A stretch of DNA of 64,000 nucleotides from contig OX638340.1 of the NCBI GenBank assembly GCA_951812955.1, forward strand, positions 1,280,001-1,344,000, read 5' to 3'. Of the stretch, positions 38,286 to 47,817 are shown piece after piece. The translations under genes were made by a program, and so were the position numbers. The first letter of the stretch is position 1, and each line of letters opens with the position of its first letter. Source of the DNA: an uncultured Gemmatimonadota bacterium (lineage in GTDB: Bacteria > JAAXHH01). The notes under the pieces were generated by a model. That model was not told the origin of the DNA. It worked only from the letters and a program-made list of their open reading frames with translations, and made no database searches.

Positions 38286-39941
38286 TCACCACCTGGCGTT
38301 TAACTGCAAAATCCATCGTGTTTCGACGAGGGGAACCTTGAGTTGATCGTAGCGGGTCTGACGTGTCCGCGTATAACGCACCACGGTGGAAACGCCCGAT
38401 CCGACCGGTCCGTACAGCAGGATAACCCACCTATCGCGGCGGTTGGATCGAAATAGGGAGGTCGATTCCTCCGGCTCGGGTAACCCGGCCAACGTGTATT
38501 CCCACTGGGCGGACAGGCTGACACGGTCCCTGGACCGGTATCGCATGTACAATCGCAGATCGTGCGCGGGATTCAAACCGGACTGGCCGCGTCGCTCGTA
38601 GCGGGCCCGCCACTGGACCCGGGCGGGCAGCCGCCAGGCCATCTGACCTCGCCAGGATTCCAGCAGAACCGATCCATCAATTCTATGCGCATCCATCTCA
38701 CGGCGCCACACGCCCGAGAGTACGAGGCCGCCGTTCATTCTTCGGCGAAATCGGAAGGTGCTGCGCCGGTACAACTCCAAGTTGGTCAACCGGGGTTCAA
38801 CGCTCAGTTGCAGCGTGGTCCGGCGGTCCGGCCGCCAGCGCAGGAGCAGGCTCTGCCACGTCCGTTCGGACTTCTCGATGAACCGGGCATTCGGCTGACG
38901 GTGGATAGTCAGTCCCCCTTCCACGCGCTCCATGCTCCAGATCATGCCCCCCTGAACGGTCTGGTATCCCTCATCGTCGATGGCCATTTCACCGAACAGA
39001 TTCGTACCGCCGAAGAGCAAGTCCAGGTCCACGCCAGCACGTACGCGACCTTCCGTGTGAATGGCCGAGATACCGATCAGTCCACTGTTTCGCTTCCAGT
39101 CCAGGCGGCCCCCAGGTTCCCATTTTCCCGATGCGGTCCGTGAGAGGATCCCCGTCAGGCTATAACCTGGGCGGGCAATCCGCAGCGCCACGCCACGACG
39201 GGCGCCGGATACGTAGGTCGTTCTTACGGGTCTCAGTCCCCGGACACGGCGTTTCACGGACGCACTTAGACTGGCCGTCGAAGGCCGGATCGAATGACTG
39301 CGCCACACCAGTCCCTGGCCGAAATCCACTTCGTAGTATCCCAGGATCAACATGCGGGATGCATCCGCCTGACCCAGTTCCAGGTATCCCGACCGCCACC
39401 GGGTTTCACCGTCTCGATCCCGGCGTTCCCCCCGTCCGCCCAGTCTGAACGACCGTCCGAGTTCAATGTCCCCCTGCAGACCGAGGATGCCGTTTCCCGT
39501 CGCTTCCGGACGGTCGGTGCGGCTTCGCGACAGGCGCCCGCGACCCGCGGTTTTAAAGGTGCGGACACCGTCCGCCCGAATAAAGGGACTGATTCGGGAT
39601 ACAAGAGCCTCCGTGAAACCTGGAATTCGAACGAGTTCCCCCACGCTGGTGAAGGGGCCGAGCTTTTCACGCCAGGTGACGACGGCTCCGGCGAGCGCCG
39701 GCGTGATCCACGGCAGTTGTTCCAGCTCGGTCCGGCTGGCCCGGTTGATATCGAGCGGGTCGCGCCGCAAGGAGACCAGCAGCGCGATGTCCTCCGGATC
39801 GATGTCTGCTGCTTCCCGGTCGATCAGTGCATCAATGGAGTAGTCTGGTTCCTGCCCCGACCGTTCTTCAGGAGAGAAAATCATCATTGCTAGGTACACG
39901 GAGACCAGAATTCGCCATGCGTGGTACATGAACCGGCTCAT
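38286..39941 (-). CDS. ComEA-like helix-hairpin-helix domain fused to a large C-terminal putative outer-membrane beta-barrel.
   Basis: Residues ~60-125 (DINRASRTELEQLPWITPALAGAVVTWREKLGPFTSVGELVRIPGFTEALVSRISPFI) match the ComEA HhH DNA-binding domain. Remaining ~420 aa have alternating amphipathic beta-strand character rich in R/W/Y and end ..LQLNARW (terminal aromatic). Confidence 0.55.
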   Translation of the reverse strand: MSRFMYHAWRILVSVYLAMMIFSPEERSGQEPDYSIDALIDREAADIDPEDIALLVSLRRDPLDINRASRTELEQLPWITPALAGAVVTWREKLGPFTSVGELVRIPGFTEALVSRISPFIRADGVRTFKTAGRGRLSRSRTDRPEATGNGILGLQGDIELGRSFRLGGRGERRDRDGETRWRSGYLELGQADASRMLILGYYEVDFGQGLVWRSHSIRPSTASLSASVKRRVRGLRPVRTTYVSGARRGVALRIARPGYSLTGILSRTASGKWEPGGRLDWKRNSGLIGISAIHTEGRVRAGVDLDLLFGGTNLFGEMAIDDEGYQTVQGGMIWSMERVEGGLTIHRQPNARFIEKSERTWQSLLLRWRPDRRTTLQLSVEPRLTNLELYRRSTFRFRRRMNGGLVLSGVWRREMDAHRIDGSVLLESWRGQMAWRLPARVQWRARYERRGQSGLNPAHDLRLYMRYRSRDRVSLSAQWEYTLAGLPEPEESTSLFRSNRRDRWVILLYGPVGSGVSTVVRYTRTRQTRYDQLKVPLVETRWILQLNARW

Positions 39942-39942
39942 T

Positions 39943-40752
39943 TCAGCCGAATTCCATGGTGACAGAAAACCGGTGCGTGATGCCTAGCAGGGAGTGAGAC
40001 GACAGGGCGTAATCCGTTTTCACGCGGCCCTTTTCCAGGCCCAGGCCAACATAGAACAGTGACGGATCGGTCGTCAGACCCGCCCGGATCGTTACAACCT
40101 CGGCCAGGTGAAACTCCTGCCCCACCCTCGTGGTGTAGCCGTGGCGGGGGTGGTGGTCGAACTGGAACGAAACCGTCAGGCGGTCTCCCGTCCTGCTCAG
40201 CCCCGCCTGGATGATACGCGGATTCTCAGTTGCCGTGCCGGACTCCTTGAGAAGTGCGACGGCATGGGCCATCGCGCCGAGACGAAGTTGATACGGGAGA
40301 TCTATGAGGACACCCGCGTCCAACGCGACGGCGGAAGCGCCTTCGTAGTTTTTGACTGCAAGGCTCAATCGGCGAAGCGTAAGTCCCGCATGGAATCTCC
40401 TGCTGATGGATCGTCCGTAGGAAAGGCCGAACACACCCTCCCGGTACAACGAGCTTCCGAGACCGTGGTAGAACAGGCCGATGTGGCCCAGGACGGTAGG
40501 TGCGACACCGGAGATGGCCACCTGGGCCAGCTCTTTCATGCCGAATAGCCGCGTGTAGTGGCTCGTCAATGCGAACCGGCCGACCTGGGGCGTACCGCCC
40601 GGATTGAGGAAGGCCGCTTCGGCGTCATCCGCGACGGCTACGAAAGCGCCCGCCATGCCGACCGGCCTCGCACCGGCAAAAACTGGTTCGAATGCGCTCC
40701 AGGCCGTACCTGGAGTCAATAGCAGTAACAACAGCGGTAGTATCCGTTTCAT
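39943..40752 (-). CDS. Small FadL/OmpP1/PorV-like outer-membrane beta-barrel protein; first gene of a two-gene operon with the HhH-barrel protein.
   Basis: Signal peptide MKRILPLLLLLLTPGTAWS. N-terminal FAGARPVGMAGAFVAVADDAEAAFLNPGG resembles the FadL-family N-terminal motif. Only ~270 aa, shorter than FadL. Stop is 1 nt from the downstream ATG. Confidence 0.5.
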   Translation of the reverse strand: MKRILPLLLLLLTPGTAWSAFEPVFAGARPVGMAGAFVAVADDAEAAFLNPGGTPQVGRFALTSHYTRLFGMKELAQVAISGVAPTVLGHIGLFYHGLGSSLYREGVFGLSYGRSISRRFHAGLTLRRLSLAVKNYEGASAVALDAGVLIDLPYQLRLGAMAHAVALLKESGTATENPRIIQAGLSRTGDRLTVSFQFDHHPRHGYTTRVGQEFHLAEVVTIRAGLTTDPSLFYVGLGLEKGRVKTDYALSSHSLLGITHRFSVTMEFG

Positions 40753-40920
40753 TTGGGCTCCCATCTCGAAATGATCGACTTGTTTCTCTATTCAAAGCGC
40801 CACACTTCATCAGTCGGAAGCACATCATGAAATCTCGTTTTAGACTGCCATTAATCGGCCTGAACCCGCTCCAATCTCGTATTGACTCCCACCCCTGATC
40901 CCGTATATTGTGGATGGTGC

Positions 40921-40994
40921 GCCCCAGTAGCTCAGTTGGACAGAGCATCGGACTTCTAATCCGAGGGTCGCAGGTTCGAATCCTGCCTGGGGTA
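40921..40994 (+). tRNA. tRNA-Arg (anticodon TCT).
   Basis: Manually folded cloverleaf: acceptor GCCCCAG/CTGGGGT, D-arm GCTC-AGTTGGACA-GAGC, anticodon stem TCGGA/TCCGA with loop CTTCTAA, T-arm GCAGG-TTCGAAT-CCTGC, discriminator A. G1:U72 wobble noted. Confidence 0.8.
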
Positions 40995-41054
40995 TGGGAA
41001 CCGGGCTTTCAGCGTAGTCCGCGCAGTGGTTGCGCCGGTTCCCGGTTCCCCCGT

Positions 41055-41128
41055 GCGTCCGTAGCTCAGCTGGATAGAGCAACTGACTTCGGATCAGTAG
41101 GTCGGGGGTTCGAATCCCTCCGGGCGTA
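41055..41128 (+). tRNA. tRNA-Arg (anticodon TCG).
   Basis: Cloverleaf: acceptor GCGTCCG/CGGGCGT, D-arm GCTC-AGCTGGATA-GAGC, anticodon stem ACTGA/TCAGT with loop CTTCGGA, T-arm GGGGG-TTCGAAT-CCCTC. G1:U72 wobble again. Confidence 0.75.
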
Positions 41129-41194
41129 TACATTTCATCGACATCCCCATCTGTTCATCGTTTCCAAGGCATCGATTGCCGGGAAGGAACGACC

Positions 41195-42280
41195 ATGGAC
41201 CGTATCAGGATCGGCGTGATCGGCTGCGGTGCGATCGCCCAGATTCAGCATCTGCCCCATATCGCCGAGCTCCGGGACCGGTACGAGCTGGCTGGGCTTT
41301 GCGACGCGTCCGCGAAGCTCGTGGACTTCATCGGCGGGATGTACCACGTACCCCAACGCGCCCGGGTCACCCGGTACGAGGAACTCCTCGGACTCGATCT
41401 CGACACCGTGCTGCTGTGTTTCGCCGACCCCAAGACCGAAGTGGCCGTCGCCGCGCTGAATGCGGGAAAACACGTCTTCATCGAGAAGCCCATGTGCTTT
41501 ACGGTCAAGGATGCGGACCGGATCATCGGTGCCGCCGAGGCTTCGGGCAAAACCCTGATGGTGGGGTACATGAAGCAGCACGACCCGGGATACCAGTTCG
41601 CGCGGAACGAGGTCCTCGCCATGTCGGATATCCGCTTCATCCAGGCCAACCACCTCCACTGCGGCAACGACCGGCACCTCCAGGAATTTAAGCTGTATGC
41701 CTTTGACGACGTTCCGCGCGACCTGATGGAGGACACGGCGCGGAGACGGGAACAGACCGTCCGGGATGCCATAGGCGACGCCCCGGAAGCAGCCCGCCGC
41801 ATCTTCTTCTCCCTTTCCGGAAGCATGATCCACGACATCAGCAGTTTGCGCGGCATGTTCGGGCCGCCGGAACGCGTGATCAGCGCGGAAGTATGGCGGG
41901 ACGGAACCAGCGTAACGACCGTGCTGGCCTACGAGAACGACGCGCGCTGCTCGGCGACCTGGACGAGCCTGCCAGGCCTGCATGATTTTCGGGAGACTCT
42001 GGAAGTCTTTGGCGCGGAGCGCCGCGTGAGCATCCGGTTTCCCACGGGATTCGACCGGGGACTGCCGACTCCGGTGACGGTGCAGGGCATGGACGGCGAA
42101 CAGCCCTGGAAGAAGGAACTCGTCGTAAACAAGCAGAATGCCTTCAAACTGGAAATGATCCACTTTCATGATTGCGTCGTGAACGGAAAACAGCCCATCA
42201 CCGACGGATACGGCGCCCGGCAGGACCACGCCCTGTGCCGGGACATCGTCAACGCGTACCTGGGGAAAAACACTACATGA
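41195..42280 (+). CDS. Gfo/Idh/MocA family oxidoreductase (inositol 2-dehydrogenase-like).
   Basis: Rossmann IRIGVIGCGAIAQIQHLP, EKP motif (HVFIEKPM), and C-terminal domain. Confidence 0.8.
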   Translation: MDRIRIGVIGCGAIAQIQHLPHIAELRDRYELAGLCDASAKLVDFIGGMYHVPQRARVTRYEELLGLDLDTVLLCFADPKTEVAVAALNAGKHVFIEKPMCFTVKDADRIIGAAEASGKTLMVGYMKQHDPGYQFARNEVLAMSDIRFIQANHLHCGNDRHLQEFKLYAFDDVPRDLMEDTARRREQTVRDAIGDAPEAARRIFFSLSGSMIHDISSLRGMFGPPERVISAEVWRDGTSVTTVLAYENDARCSATWTSLPGLHDFRETLEVFGAERRVSIRFPTGFDRGLPTPVTVQGMDGEQPWKKELVVNKQNAFKLEMIHFHDCVVNGKQPITDGYGARQDHALCRDIVNAYLGKNTT

Positions 42281-43209
42281 AGATCGTCTTCTGTACCCTG
42301 ACACTCAGTCCGTACCGTTCACCCGAAGCCGCGGAGCGAGGCTATCCCCTGGCCGAGGAGCGCAAACCCGTGTGGGACTGGCTCGTCCGTCACGGATTCG
42401 ACGGGATCGACCTGGGTGAGACCTGGTTCAACTTCTACGACGCCCCGGACGAGGTCCTGGTCGAACTCGGCGAGGAGGCGCGCGAGCATAGTCTCGAAAT
42501 CGGCGGACTGACCGTTCTGCGCAAGATCATCACCTGGCCGGCCCCGGAAGAGGTCCGCGCGACGAACCGGGGACTGCTGCGAAGGGCGGTAAAAGCGGCC
42601 CAACTCGCCGGCGCGCCGCTCGTCAACATGTCCATTTCGCCGCAACCCTGGGAAGTTGGCGTGCGCGAACAGGATCTCCGGGGACAGTCCGACCCGGTGG
42701 GCAGCAGCCTGCGGGCGCGGGACGAAGACTACGAGGAAGCCGCCGGGGTGTTGAAAGCGCTGGCCAGGGAGGCCGAACCGGAAGGCACCGAACTGACGCT
42801 GGAACTGCACCAGAACAGCATCGTGGACACCCCGGAGGGCATGCTGCGGCTCATCGATCTCGTCGGCCATCCCCTGATCAAGGCGAATCCGGACCTCGGC
42901 AATTTCTACTTCGCCTACGCGACACCCGACGGCGGCTGGGACGACGTGTGCCGGATGCTGGCGCCGCACACCAACTTCTGGCACGTCAAGAACATACAGC
43001 GGATCTACTTCCAGGAAGAAGACCGCGCACAGCACATCAACGCGCCACTCGGCGAGGGCATGATCGATTACCGGCGGGCGCTCCGGATCCTGCGGGACGG
43101 CGGATTCGACGGATATATCAGTATCGAGCTGGCCACGGGCGCCGATCCCTTCAACGCGATCCTGTCCGGGAAGCGATACCTGGACGAAATGATGCAGGAC
43201 GGGATCTGA
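42277..43209 (+). CDS. Sugar phosphate isomerase/epimerase (xylose isomerase-like TIM barrel) family protein.
   Basis: TIM-barrel AP-endonuclease-2-like segments (LELHQNSIVDTPE, ISIELATG). ATGA overlap with the upstream gene. Confidence 0.7.
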   Translation: MKIVFCTLTLSPYRSPEAAERGYPLAEERKPVWDWLVRHGFDGIDLGETWFNFYDAPDEVLVELGEEAREHSLEIGGLTVLRKIITWPAPEEVRATNRGLLRRAVKAAQLAGAPLVNMSISPQPWEVGVREQDLRGQSDPVGSSLRARDEDYEEAAGVLKALAREAEPEGTELTLELHQNSIVDTPEGMLRLIDLVGHPLIKANPDLGNFYFAYATPDGGWDDVCRMLAPHTNFWHVKNIQRIYFQEEDRAQHINAPLGEGMIDYRRALRILRDGGFDGYISIELATGADPFNAILSGKRYLDEMMQDGI

Positions 43210-43212
43210 GAG

Positions 43213-43271
43213 GCCGGCGATTTCCGGCCTGATTCCGGCATGACTATCGGCCTGATTCCGGCCTGATTCCC
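43213..43271. repeat. 4-5 tandem copies of an 11-13-bp unit (cggcctgattccgg).
   Basis: Read directly, just after the stop codon of the preceding gene. Confidence 0.55.
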
Positions 43272-43321
43272 TTTAGCATCTTCCGGGTTTATTCCAATGG
43301 GCTTACCCACCTGATTCCTAT

Positions 43322-44566
43322 GTGGAAATCACCTTGAAACTGAACTTCTTCCAGATGTTTGCGCTGATGGGCCCGGGCATCGCCGTGGCGGCCACCGGGG
43401 TCGGCGCGGGCGACATGATCTCGGCAACCAACGCCGGGGCGAAATTCGGCACCGTGCTCCTGTGGGCCATCGTCTACGGCGCCGTACTCAAATTCGCCCT
43501 GAACGAGGGGATCGGCCGCTGGCAATTGGCGACCGGCACCACGCTGCTGGAAGGGTGGGTGGAACGCCTCGGCAGGCCCGTCCAGTATTTCTTCCTGCTG
43601 TACCTGGTCATCTGGTCCTTCCTGGTCGGAGGCGGACTGCTTTCGGCTTCCGGCCTGGCCGGCCACACGGTTTTTCCGTCTCTTTCGGTCGCCCAATGGG
43701 GTGTCATCCACGCCCTGGCGGCGTGCCTCATGGTCTGGTTAGGTAGATTCGGGTTTTTCCTGAAGGTCATGAAAGTGCTCATCGGCCTGATGTTCGTTAG
43801 TTTCCTGATCAGCGCCTGGGCGCTGCGTCCCGATCTGGGCGACGTCGTTCGGGGTATCGCGATACCCAGCGCGCCATCCGGATCGGTGGTCGCGGTACTG
43901 AGCGTCCTAGGCGGTGTAGGCGGAAGCCTGTCCGTCATGTGCTACGGATACTGGATCCGCGAAGCCGGGCGAACCGGAAGCGAATGGGTGAAGGGCATCC
44001 GAATCGACCTGGCAGGCGCTTACATCCTGACGGGTTTCTTCGGTATCGCGGTTATGATCCTGGGCGCCCAGATCCAGCCCGAAGCCGTGGGCCTGGACAT
44101 TGTACTGAGCATGGCCGACCGGCTGGAAGTGGCGATGGGACCCTTCGGAAGGTGGTCCCTCTACCTGGGATTCTGGGCCGCGGTCATCACGTCGGTCCTG
44201 GGCGTCTGGCAGGGCATCCCCTATCTCTTCGCTGATTTCATGTCGTTGTTCAAAAACGCGTCCAGCGAGGACCGGGAGAACATGGTCCGCACCGATTCGC
44301 CCTACTACCGGGGGTTTCTGCTGTTTCTGACCTTTCCGACCATGGTCTTGCTGCTCTTCGACAGGCCGGTCGCCGTGGTCATCGTATACACCGTTGTCGG
44401 CGCGCTGTTCATGCCGTTCCTGGCCGGGACCCTGCTCTACATGAACTCCCGGAAGGACTGGGTCGGCAGGCTGAGGACGGGATGGTTGCTGAACGCGATG
44501 CTGATCCTCGCGCTGGTCCTCTTCCTTTACCTGGGCGTCAACCAGTTGATTCAAACCCTGGGCTGA
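43322..44566 (+). CDS. NRAMP-related divalent metal cation transporter family membrane protein.
   Basis: ~11 TM; N-terminal GPGIAVAATGVGAGDM...AGAKFG..LLW resembles the NRAMP/MntH consensus. Distant, so family assignment is tentative. Confidence 0.5.
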   Translation: MEITLKLNFFQMFALMGPGIAVAATGVGAGDMISATNAGAKFGTVLLWAIVYGAVLKFALNEGIGRWQLATGTTLLEGWVERLGRPVQYFFLLYLVIWSFLVGGGLLSASGLAGHTVFPSLSVAQWGVIHALAACLMVWLGRFGFFLKVMKVLIGLMFVSFLISAWALRPDLGDVVRGIAIPSAPSGSVVAVLSVLGGVGGSLSVMCYGYWIREAGRTGSEWVKGIRIDLAGAYILTGFFGIAVMILGAQIQPEAVGLDIVLSMADRLEVAMGPFGRWSLYLGFWAAVITSVLGVWQGIPYLFADFMSLFKNASSEDRENMVRTDSPYYRGFLLFLTFPTMVLLLFDRPVAVVIVYTVVGALFMPFLAGTLLYMNSRKDWVGRLRTGWLLNAMLILALVLFLYLGVNQLIQTLG

Positions 44567-44600
44567 CCACGGCCATCATCAGGAGAACGGAACAGAAGGC

Positions 44601-45773
44601 ATGACTCCGCACATCGGAATCGGCATTATCGGAATGGGCTGGATGGGCATGGTCCATGGCCGCGCCTACCGCCAGGTCCGGCAGCGATTCCACGAAAGCG
44701 AACTCCTTCCCGATCTGGTCATATGCGCCGACGATGTGGCAAACCGATGCGGGCAGGCCATGGACATGCTGGGATTCACGCGTACTACAACGGACTGGCG
44801 CAAGGTCATCGACGACCCCGAGGTGTCGGTTGTCAACATCACCGCGCCCAATTTACTTCACCTGGAAATGGTCCGCGCCGCCGCCGCCGCGGGCAAGCAT
44901 ATCTTCTGCGAGAAGCCCGTGGGCCGTTCCCCCGGCGAAACGGACGAAATCGCCCGGGCGGCCGCCGATGCCGGCGTGCTGACCTGGGTCGGATACAACT
45001 ACCGGTGGGCGCCGCTCGTGCAGCATACGCGCAGTCTCGTCGCAGACGGCAAGCTGGGGGACATCACCCATTACCGCGGCCGGTTCTTCGCGGGGTACGC
45101 GAGCCATCCGGACGGTGTGCTGTCGTGGCGATTTCAACGGGAACATGCGGGTAGCGGAGCCCTGGGCGACCTCATGTCCCACGTTGCCGACATGGCCCAC
45201 ATGCTCGCGGGACCCATCAGACGCGTAGTCGGCCAGCAGGCGCTGATCATCGAAGACCGGCCCGTCGCCCCAGCCGGCGAAGGCACCCATTTTTCCGTAG
45301 GGACCGGAGGCAATCGGGAACCGGTGACCAACGAAGACTACGCCGGGGCGCTGGTGGAATTCGAGAACGGCGCGCGGGGAACCTTCGAAGTCTGCCGCGT
45401 GATCCAGGGAACGAAATGCCAGATGGCCTTCGAGATCCACGGCACAAAAGGCGCGGTCCGGTGGGATTTCGAACGAATGAACGAACTTCAACTCTATTCC
45501 GTCGATGGCCTGCACGACGGTTTTGTAACGCTTCAGAGCGGTCCGGCCTATCCCGGGCATGCGCACTTCAACCCCGGGCCGGCCGTGGGACTGGGATACG
45601 ACGACCTAAAGGCGATCGAGACCTTCCACTTCCTGCAGTCCATCGCGGCGGGCAGACAGGGTGAACCGGGTTTCAGCGAAGCGCTGGCCGTCGCGCGGGT
45701 GCTTTCCGCGATCGAACGCTCCTGGTCGTCCGACCGGTGGGAAACGATCGACAGTTCCTGCCTTGATCGGTAG
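44601..45773 (+). CDS. Gfo/Idh/MocA family oxidoreductase.
   Basis: Rossmann [19 protein letters not shown] and EKP motif (HIFCEKPV). Confidence 0.8.
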   Translation: MTPHIGIGIIGMGWMGMVHGRAYRQVRQRFHESELLPDLVICADDVANRCGQAMDMLGFTRTTTDWRKVIDDPEVSVVNITAPNLLHLEMVRAAAAAGKHIFCEKPVGRSPGETDEIARAAADAGVLTWVGYNYRWAPLVQHTRSLVADGKLGDITHYRGRFFAGYASHPDGVLSWRFQREHAGSGALGDLMSHVADMAHMLAGPIRRVVGQQALIIEDRPVAPAGEGTHFSVGTGGNREPVTNEDYAGALVEFENGARGTFEVCRVIQGTKCQMAFEIHGTKGAVRWDFERMNELQLYSVDGLHDGFVTLQSGPAYPGHAHFNPGPAVGLGYDDLKAIETFHFLQSIAAGRQGEPGFSEALAVARVLSAIERSWSSDRWETIDSSCLDR

Positions 45774-45862
45774 ATTCGGCCGTTGATCGATAGAGACAGG
45801 CCTATGATCGACAGTTCCGACCTTGATCGGCAGAACCGGCCGTTGATCGATCGAGACAGGCC
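45746..45862. repeat. Two tandem ~60-bp units; the first copy includes the last 28 nt and stop codon of the Gfo/Idh/MocA gene.
   Basis: gatcgacagttcctgccttgatcggtagattcggccgttgatcgatagagacaggcc / gatcgacagttccgaccttgatcggcagaaccggccgttgatcgatcgagacaggcc, read directly. ~88% identical. Confidence 0.75.
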
Positions 45863-45916
45863 GCGGCCCTCCTCCCGATTCAACCGGGATCAGATATTCA
45901 AACGAAGGAGCAGACC

Positions 45917-47806
45917 ATGGCATATCCCCACGAAAAAGTCCGTCTGACCACGGCGCAGGCGGTGGTCAAATTCCTCTCGGTGCAGTACAGTGAACGGGAC
46001 GGCTCGGAGCGTCGTTTCATTCCTGCGATTTTTGGGATTTTCGGCCATGGGAACGTGGCGGGGCTGGGCCAGGCGCTTTTCGAGTACGGACAGGATCTGA
46101 CCTACCATCAGCCTTGCAACGAGCAGTCCATGGTGCACACGGCTTCGGGCTATGCCAAGGTGAACCACCGCATGGCCACGATTGCGTGTACGGCTTCCAT
46201 CGGACCGGGGTCGACCAACATGTTGTCCGGCGCGGCAACAGCCACGATCAACCGCCTGCCCGTGCTCCTGTTGCCTTCAGACTACTATGCCACCCGGTAC
46301 CAGGGCCCCGTGCTGCAGCAGCTTGAGCACCCGGTGTCCGCCGAAGTCAGCGTCAACGACTGCTTCCGACCGGTCAGCCGGTTCTTCGACCGGATCAACC
46401 GGCCCGAACAACTGCTTACCGCTCTACCGGAAGCCATGCGCGTACTCACCGATCCGGCCGATACCGGCGCCGTGACGATCTCGCTGCCGCAGGACGTGCA
46501 GGCCCACGCATACGACTATCCGGCCCACCTCTTCGAAAAGCGCACCTGGCGCGTGGAGCGCAGGCCGCCGACATCGGAACGCATCGCGGAGGCAATCGAA
46601 ATGCTCAAAGGTGCGAAGCGGCCCATGATCATCGCGGGCGGCGGCGTACACTACTCGGAAGCATGGGACGCCCTGGCGGAGTTCGCCGGGAACTGCGGCA
46701 TTCCCGTGGGAGAGACCTTCGGCGGCAAGGGCGCCATGCGCGAATCCTCGCCCTGGGCAATCGGCGGGTTCGGGGTGACCGGCACGCCGGCGGGCGCGAG
46801 GGTCGCCGCGGAGGCCGACCTGGTCATCGCCGTGGGGACGCGTTTGACCGATTTCTCCACGGGCTCGCAGTCGGCCTTTTCCCATCCCGACGTGCGATTC
46901 ATCGGCATCAACGTGGCCGGACACGACGCCTTCAAGCAAGGGGCTCTGCCGGTGACTGCCGACGCCCGGGAAGCGCTGCACGCGTTGATCAAGGCCGCCG
47001 GAGAGGCCGGTATCCGTCCCGATGAGGCGTACCTGGCCGAAATTCGACGCCGCCTGGATGCGCACAGCCGGTCCCTGCAGGAGGAAGTATACGTCGACCC
47101 TCCCGGAGAGGCCATGAGCCAGGCCCGTCTCATCCGGACGCTCAACGAGGAAGCCATGGACGGTGATTGCGTCATTGCCGCGGCGGGCAGCCCGCCGGGC
47201 GACCTGCACCGGCTCTGGGACGTGACGGGCGGCGCGGCCTGCTATCTGGAGTTCGGCTTCTCGTGCATGGGCTGGGAACTGCCGGCCGGCCTGGGTACCC
47301 GCATGGCCGGGAAACACGACGAGGTCTACGTCTACATCGGCGACGGGACCTACCTGATGAACCCCACCGAACTGATGACCGCCATGCAGGAAGGCCTCAA
47401 GGTGACCGTCGTCATCTCGGAGAACCACGGTTACCAGATCATCCGTGCGCTGCAGATGGCCCGGGCGGGCCGGTCGTTCGGCAACGAGTTCCGGGGACGA
47501 GACACCGATTCGGACCGCCTGGAAGGGGCATACCTGAAGATCGATTTCGCGGCCAATGCCGAGAGTTTCGGCGCGCGGGCATGGCACGTCAAGTCACCGG
47601 ACGCGCTGCGACAAGCCCTCCGTGAGGCCCGATCGGAGACGCGGGCCTGCGTGATCGTGTGCGAGACCGAGAAACACCGCTACCTGCCGCCCTCAGACGT
47701 CTGGTGGGACATCGCGTCCGCCGAGGCGACCAACGATCCCATGACGCGGAAGCTGCGCGAGGGTTACGAGGCCGAACGGCGCAAGAGCCAGCGGTTTCAT
47801 TACTAA
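45917..47806 (+). CDS. iolD: 3D-(3,5/4)-trihydroxycyclohexane-1,2-dione hydrolase IolD (ThDP-dependent).
   Basis: ThDP-enzyme three-domain layout with N-terminal IolD-typical segment (TTAQAVVKFL..GIFGHGNV) and GDG ThDP-binding motif (IGDGTY). AAGGAG SD. Confidence 0.8.
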   Translation: MAYPHEKVRLTTAQAVVKFLSVQYSERDGSERRFIPAIFGIFGHGNVAGLGQALFEYGQDLTYHQPCNEQSMVHTASGYAKVNHRMATIACTASIGPGSTNMLSGAATATINRLPVLLLPSDYYATRYQGPVLQQLEHPVSAEVSVNDCFRPVSRFFDRINRPEQLLTALPEAMRVLTDPADTGAVTISLPQDVQAHAYDYPAHLFEKRTWRVERRPPTSERIAEAIEMLKGAKRPMIIAGGGVHYSEAWDALAEFAGNCGIPVGETFGGKGAMRESSPWAIGGFGVTGTPAGARVAAEADLVIAVGTRLTDFSTGSQSAFSHPDVRFIGINVAGHDAFKQGALPVTADAREALHALIKAAGEAGIRPDEAYLAEIRRRLDAHSRSLQEEVYVDPPGEAMSQARLIRTLNEEAMDGDCVIAAAGSPPGDLHRLWDVTGGAACYLEFGFSCMGWELPAGLGTRMAGKHDEVYVYIGDGTYLMNPTELMTAMQEGLKVTVVISENHGYQIIRALQMARAGRSFGNEFRGRDTDSDRLEGAYLKIDFAANAESFGARAWHVKSPDALRQALREARSETRACVIVCETEKHRYLPPSDVWWDIASAEATNDPMTRKLREGYEAERRKSQRFHY

Positions 47807-47817
47807 AGGAGATTCCC

